Positions 58,188 through 64,000 of a DNA stretch of 64,000 nt are shown here, piece after piece (positions within the stretch are counted from its first letter, which is position 1; every line of letters begins with the position of its first letter). The stretch lies in NCBI RefSeq assembly GCF_009914755.1, contig NC_060932.1, one strand, 5' to 3'. This DNA is from the human T2T-CHM13v2.0 reference genome, Homo sapiens. Both the position numbers and the translations under genes were made by a program. A model generated the notes under the pieces. That model did no database searches, was not told the DNA's origin, and saw nothing but the letters and a program-made list of their open reading frames with translations.

Positions 58188-58292
58188 TGATGGAATTCGC
58201 TTTCTTCTAACTTCATTCTCAGCTGACATAAGAAGCATCTCAAGTTCCTTTATTTTCTTTTCCTTATCAGGATCTTCATCAATGAAGGGTTG
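58188..58292 (-). CDS. MYBL1: Exon 8: acidic transactivation domain with LxxLL-type CBP/p300 KIX-binding motif (KEKKIKELEMLLMSAENE)
   Basis: ttttag|CAA and TCA|gtaaga; 105 nt; homologous to c-Myb KEKRIKELELLLMSTENE. Confidence 0.96.
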
Positions 58293-58867
58293 CTAAAATA
58301 AGTTAAATAAAAGAGAAAACAGGATGCTTATATAATTGCTTTATTATTAGTATTCTCATTTTTATTTTCTTCTATGCAACATGAAATATACTTTTTCTAA
58401 TAAAGCTTAATGCTACTAAATACTAACTACTCATTATCACAATCCCTCTGGTATCTAAAGAGGTGCTGGCAAATATTTTCAACTTAAAAGATTTGGGAAA
58501 ATTTTAATGACTTAAAAAATGTTGCATCATCTCTATCAGCTGAAATGTATGTCTGAAATATTTTATATTTTTAAATCTTAATAAATATATTCTATACAAT
58601 TTAGCAAAAATATGTCCATTCCCAACTTGAATGCTTTACCTTGAAAGAATGAAATGACTACCATACTGGTATCATCAATCACATTTGTACAGTTTATATT
58701 TCTTCAAACTCACTTACACACTTTCTTCTTTATAGTTAGAGTACTCCAAGTAGGACAGATCGTATTATTTTTATACTAGTTTAATAGATGAGGAAATAGA
58801 TACTATTAGGCTTTTAAAAATGTGACTGAACACATTTCCTTTGGTTTTCGTTATAAATAAAAGTTAC

Positions 58868-58942
58868 CTGAATAAAGGCAGAAGTAGGCTGAACATGTTC
58901 TATACAATTGCCTTCAGGTGACACATACTGATACCCAGGGAT
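58868..58942 (-). CDS. MYBL1: Exon 7 (IPGYQYVSPEGNCIEHVQPTSAFIQ)
   Basis: tttttag|ATC and CAG|gtaact; 75 nt, phase 0-0. Confidence 0.93.
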
Positions 58943-59777
58943 CTAAAAAGTAATTAATGCATTATTATCATACATATAATGCTATAAATGTTGAAAATCT
59001 GAAGCAAATGACAAAAACTTTTGACACAGTATCAATATAAAAAACTTAGAAAGTACCTGTATTAATTTTGAAATGTTATACCTATAATACTTTCTTATCT
59101 ATTAAATAACTACAGCTCCACTCCTAGAATCTATGATTAAAAGTCGTAACACTTAGAAAAGACTTTTTTTCAGATGAAATATGAGAATTACTTAGCCTAG
59201 ATTTATCAGCCAGTTTATTAAATCTGACATTCACCAAATATATTTAAACATCTACTATTAGAAGGGTTGCTCTATCTCCTAAAGAAAACAAAGTAATTGT
59301 GTTCCTATGTGTCCATATGAATGAAGCACTCACAAGGACAGAGACCTGAAGCAAGTTTTTCAATGTTCATATCTCCTACTTTTATCACCACCCCATGCCA
59401 AAGTCTTCTTCTATTACTTGTCTTAGAAAAACAATCAGAATCACTCACATACTTTTAATAGATATACTGATGATAGGCTAAGTATCATTCTGCTTCTTTT
59501 CTAAAACATCTGTAATAAGAATTTTCAAGATACATATAAATTTAGTAAGCAGTAGTGGAAAGAAATATGAGAGGAGGTGTTTTTAAAAGCCTTAAAATCG
59601 GGGCCGGGTACAGTGGCCCACCCCTGTAATTCCAGCACTTTGGGAGGCTGAGGGGGTATGGTCGCTTGAGCCCAGGAGTCCAAGACCAGCCTGGGCAACA
59701 TGGCAAGACCCTGTTTTTACAAAAAATAAAAAAATTAGCCAGGTGTAGTGGAGCACGCCTGTAGTCCCAGCTACTCA

Positions 59778-59954
<177 letters not shown>

Positions 59955-61330
59955 CTAAATCACTATATAATGCAGAATCATTATGTATAACTTCTAACAT
60001 AGAGCTTAACTTTTAGAATACTCGATTAGTACCACTTATTGCTCAACTTGGTAACTCTAATGAATTAGAAACGTATCTTTCCCAAACTTTTCATGAAAAT
60101 CTGTGACAGTATTTTAAACCCATCTATTCTTTTATCAAGTCACACATATAATAAAATTATTTTATTAGTTTAAATTAATTGAATAATGAATATATCTAAA
60201 TTAAAAGGGAAACAATTCTTACAGTATAAGAAATATCCTCATCTTTCCAACATATTTAGATTAAGACTGTTAAATACTCTGTTGGCCCCATGTATTATCT
60301 TTCTACGAGTTAAAAAAATAAATTTAAATGATAAACTTTCTAAGACAGAAGCAGAATGTTTCAGTTTATGCTGCTGAAATCTAGACTCTAAAGAAAAATG
60401 TGAAGAAACATAATAAAAACCTTAAGGTATTGAGTATCAGCAGATAATTATACTGTCTTCACATGTTTTCCTATTGTTAATGAAAATGTCATTACTCTAA
60501 GTGGTTCTTTTAAAATGATGCTTAAAAAACTTAACAATGTCCACAAAATGTCAAAAATCAAATCTGAGGCATAGTAAGCACAGATTTTTAATATCTTGCC
60601 CAATTTTATCTTTTGGTAGAAAACTACTAAGTCCTGACTTAATCTTTACAATTTATGTGACAAGAACCAAGAATTGCTCATTGTGAAAAATGGCATAACA
60701 GGTAGACAGGGAAATGTAAAACAAATCTCATGAAGACTCCTACACTAATTTCTTCCAAGTAGAAAAATGCACTGTAAGGGACAACATAGAGCTTGCCCCA
60801 TTTTGAGCTCGTGTAATACCTACTTTAATGAATCATCTAAACAAAGACTAAAATTACCCAAGTGATTAGTTATTAGGGGGAAAAGCAAAGTTGAATGCCA
60901 GCAAAATCCAATTAATTACCACACCCCCAAAACAATTACTTATTTTTGCTACTTTCTCTTTTAAGCCATTTTATATATACCTACCTCTTAGAGATAAGCA
61001 ATACTATAATTACGCCAAAATTGTTTAAATGGAAAGTACAATAGAATGTTAAAGCACAGATGACCATTAGCTTTGAATCATAAATGAAGATTCAAAGAAT
61101 CAGAGTATTAGGAAATGTACATAGTTTCTTGATGTAAAAATTACATATAAAAGGAAACATTTTAATAAATTTGTTCTCAAAATATTTATAAATCAAAGTT
61201 ACACATTTTTTTCAGTTTGTCTATTTACCCCTTAATACGCATTGTATTTGTCCTATTAAGAAACCAAACATCTTCCCATATAGCAACTTAAGAAAATTTT
61301 TTAAATAATAAAGGTATTAAAAGTATGTGC

Positions 61331-61505
61331 CTGAACAGGTATGTAAAACTGATTCTGGGTTTGCATATGATCCATAGCTGCACAAGGTTTGTGTTGAAGT
61401 TTAGATGAAGATCGTTCTGATTTTATTCCATCTTGTAAATAGCCCTCCTGTTCCACTTTTCTTCGCATAGTAGAATTCCAATGATTTTTGATAGAATTAT
61501 CAGTC
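61331..61505 (-). CDS. MYBL1: Exon 6: end of R3 ([16 protein letters not shown]) and linker to ...FYIPVQ
   Basis: ttcttag|G acceptor completes the Arg codon; recognition helix of R3; donor is non-canonical CAG|gcacat. Confidence 0.93.
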
Positions 61506-63077
61506 CTAAGAAAGGAAAGGTATGATTTAAAAAGAAAAAAGGATTCCACAGATTTCAACACTGTGTTAACTTGTACAAAGTGCTTAAAACAAATTTTTAC
61601 ACTGATGAAATTAGATACTTTTTTCTTAATTTTTCTTTTGGAGTTTCTACTCAGGAAGATAGGTATTTTTTAAAAATTCAAAAGATAAACTGTATGTGCA
61701 TATGTCAGGCATAGTTCTAAGCACCAGAAATATTGCAGTGAGTAAGGCAAAGTAGGTCACTGCTCTCGTGGAGCTTACACTCTCCTTGGAAGTGTGGGAG
61801 TGGGAAGGAAGGAAGAATAGAAAAACAAATAAATGAATAAAAAATTCACTACAATGCAAATAAAGTAGGATAAGAAAAGTGGGTAACGGAGTAATTTTGG
61901 TTTGGTTAGAACAAACCAGCTATACGAGAACAGAAAGAAAAAAAGAGCATTCCAGATAAAGAGTATAGCAAGGGCCAAGGTCTTAAGCCAGGAACAAACA
62001 TGATCATGAAAAGCAAATCACAAACTAAAGAATCCCAGTATTCTTTTTCACTTCTTAGAACAAAATATTTATGGTAAGAAAGAGTTAATTGGCTCCCTTC
62101 TTATCTAAGGTTCCCTTTATAAAAATGAAAATCTTCAACCTATGGTTACTTGCAAATTTCATCCCTCATAAAATATACACACATAAAGCAGGTTTTCAGT
62201 AAATGTTAAGGCACTAAGCTAGGTTCTATGAAAAGTAAGAAGACGTATAAGAGATTAAAAGCATCTAGACCTGGTTTAATAACTTGAATAAAAAATTTAA
62301 CACTATGCCTTAATATCTTATCTATAAAACAAAGATAGCAATGTTTGCTCAGTATACTTTCCAAGTCTATAAAAATTAAGAATACATGAAAAAGCACTTA
62401 ATGCTATAAAGTACTATACAGATAGAGATTACAGCAACAAAAGACAAATGCGTATCTTCTAAGTTATGAATTTTCACAAGGTTGTTGGTCTGCTGTACTA
62501 AACGCTATTAGAAAACATATGAACCAGTACAATGTAGAGTGTACTTAGCACATCACTGCCTCTGAGGAAAATTTGGTATTTTAGCCACATGAATATATAT
62601 ACTACTTCCATGGTTTGGATCATACCATAATTAATTAAGATTGAATTTTCCCCAACACACTTTCATAGCAGTTTACTGTAGCTAGCATATCATTCCCTGG
62701 TCTTACACATAGAACGCAATATGAAAGAAATCTTAGATTTAGATTCTTTTCCAACAGAGTTTATACAAAGGGGGTCTCACTTGATTGACACTGATATGTC
62801 AACATGATTTTAGGAGTGTATTAAATGTTTATATAATCTAAAATCTATCATTTTATTGTACAAATTATTGCCATAAAATAATTCATTAAAAAAGTAATCA
62901 TACCCTTTACCACAGAATTTAGTACAAATGGTCCCAAAGGTTGCTTATGTTATATAGTCTACATTTTAATTACAAATTTAAAAAATAAGTCATCGGGGAC
63001 TTGCAAATGTATTTAACAGTAAGGTAATAAAGGTCATGTTTAAGTACAGAAAAATATATATACATTTATATAAGCAC

Positions 63078-63298
63078 CTTCCTGGAAGTAGTTTGGCAAT
63101 TTCTGCCCAACGATTTCCCAACCGCTTATGTGCTTCATAGATGATCCTGTCCTCCTCTTCTGTCCAGGAAGATTTCTTTACCTCAGGATTCAGATGATTA
63201 TGCCATCTTTCTCTACACTGCTTGCCTATTCTTCCTTTTAAATGTTTTGCAATTAAAGACCATCTTTTTGGCCCATATTTCTGAACTAATTCAATAAC
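63078..63298 (-). CDS. MYBL1: Exon 5: Myb repeats R2/R3 of the DNA-binding domain (VIELVQKYGPKRWSLIAKHLKGRIGKQCRERWHNHLNPEVKKSSWTEEEDRIIYEAHKRLGNRWAEIAKLLPGR)
   Basis: ttcctag|GTT acceptor and GAAG|gtgctt donor; regularly spaced Trp residues of Myb repeats; 221 nt, ends in phase 2. Confidence 0.98.
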
Positions 63299-64000
63299 CT
63301 AGGAAACAGAAAAACAAAGTTTAAAAAAGCATTACCTTCAAAGAATTTTAAAACATAATTCAAGAATACCATTTTAAATAAATGCATTAAATCCAAGCCA
63401 CAACTACAATTTGTTAAAAAAAAATTACCAATAAATACCCCTTTAGCATTTGCCAGCTTCAAAAATTGATGCCAAACTCATCTAAAAATCCAAGGGGCTA
63501 ATTAAAGACTCTTGAAATTCAATTGCTTTCACACCCTATTAATTTGAAATAACTGTAAACATGCTGAAACTTGTACATTTTCTACTCCTACATCTAAAAA
63601 AAAAAAAAAAAAAAAAAAAAACGCTTCAGCCAAAAGCAAAAAACAAAAATACAATTAGGAAGCAGAAAGATTCTACCAAGTTATTGGTTGTCATTTCTTC
63701 CTTTCTCAAACTGAAAGGACACAGATTACATATTCTTTTTTCCACATTTTACAGTTGTTTTTATTTCACCTAAAATTGCAAGAATAGTTATTCCAGCCCA
63801 CTTTACCTCACTGCCCTATGTCAAATATCATCTCATAAACATTTTATATTGGTAGACTAAGTTTAATATATGTTGATATTTTCACTATATGTGTCTATTT
63901 ACTATCTTTAAAACTAAAATTTCAGGCTTTGGTAAATGCATTTTTAAACAAGATCACACATTTTAAAACTTAGGAGTAGCCATCAAGTAAATCAGTGCAG

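Overview
Primate (almost certainly human) genomic DNA, dense in Alu and L1 repeats. The right 36 kb holds the 3' part of MYBL1 (A-Myb) on the minus strand. Twelve coding exons (63298 down to the stop at 30447) splice in frame to 655 aa and match my recollection of A-Myb residues ~98-752, i.e. exons 5-16. A ~2.5 kb 3' UTR ends near an AATAAA at 27944-27949. The left 28 kb is intergenic: Alus, MIR/L2/L1M, two LTRs, a CpG-rich candidate enhancer and a GGAA microsatellite. I see no new gene system or novel protein; nearly all non-MYBL1 ORFs in the track are repeat-derived or chance. The most unusual signals are three local templated copy events: an 82-bp non-Alu inverted repeat whose arms both end in hairpins, an inverted patch of one Alu copied into its neighbour, and a two-segment direct duplication. 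Also notable are a very weak GC-AG donor just after the DNA-binding domain, a pyrimidine-poor acceptor, and a 3' UTR dense in miRNA seed sites. Coordinates were counted by hand. Repeat subfamily names and exon numbers are from memory, not from a search.
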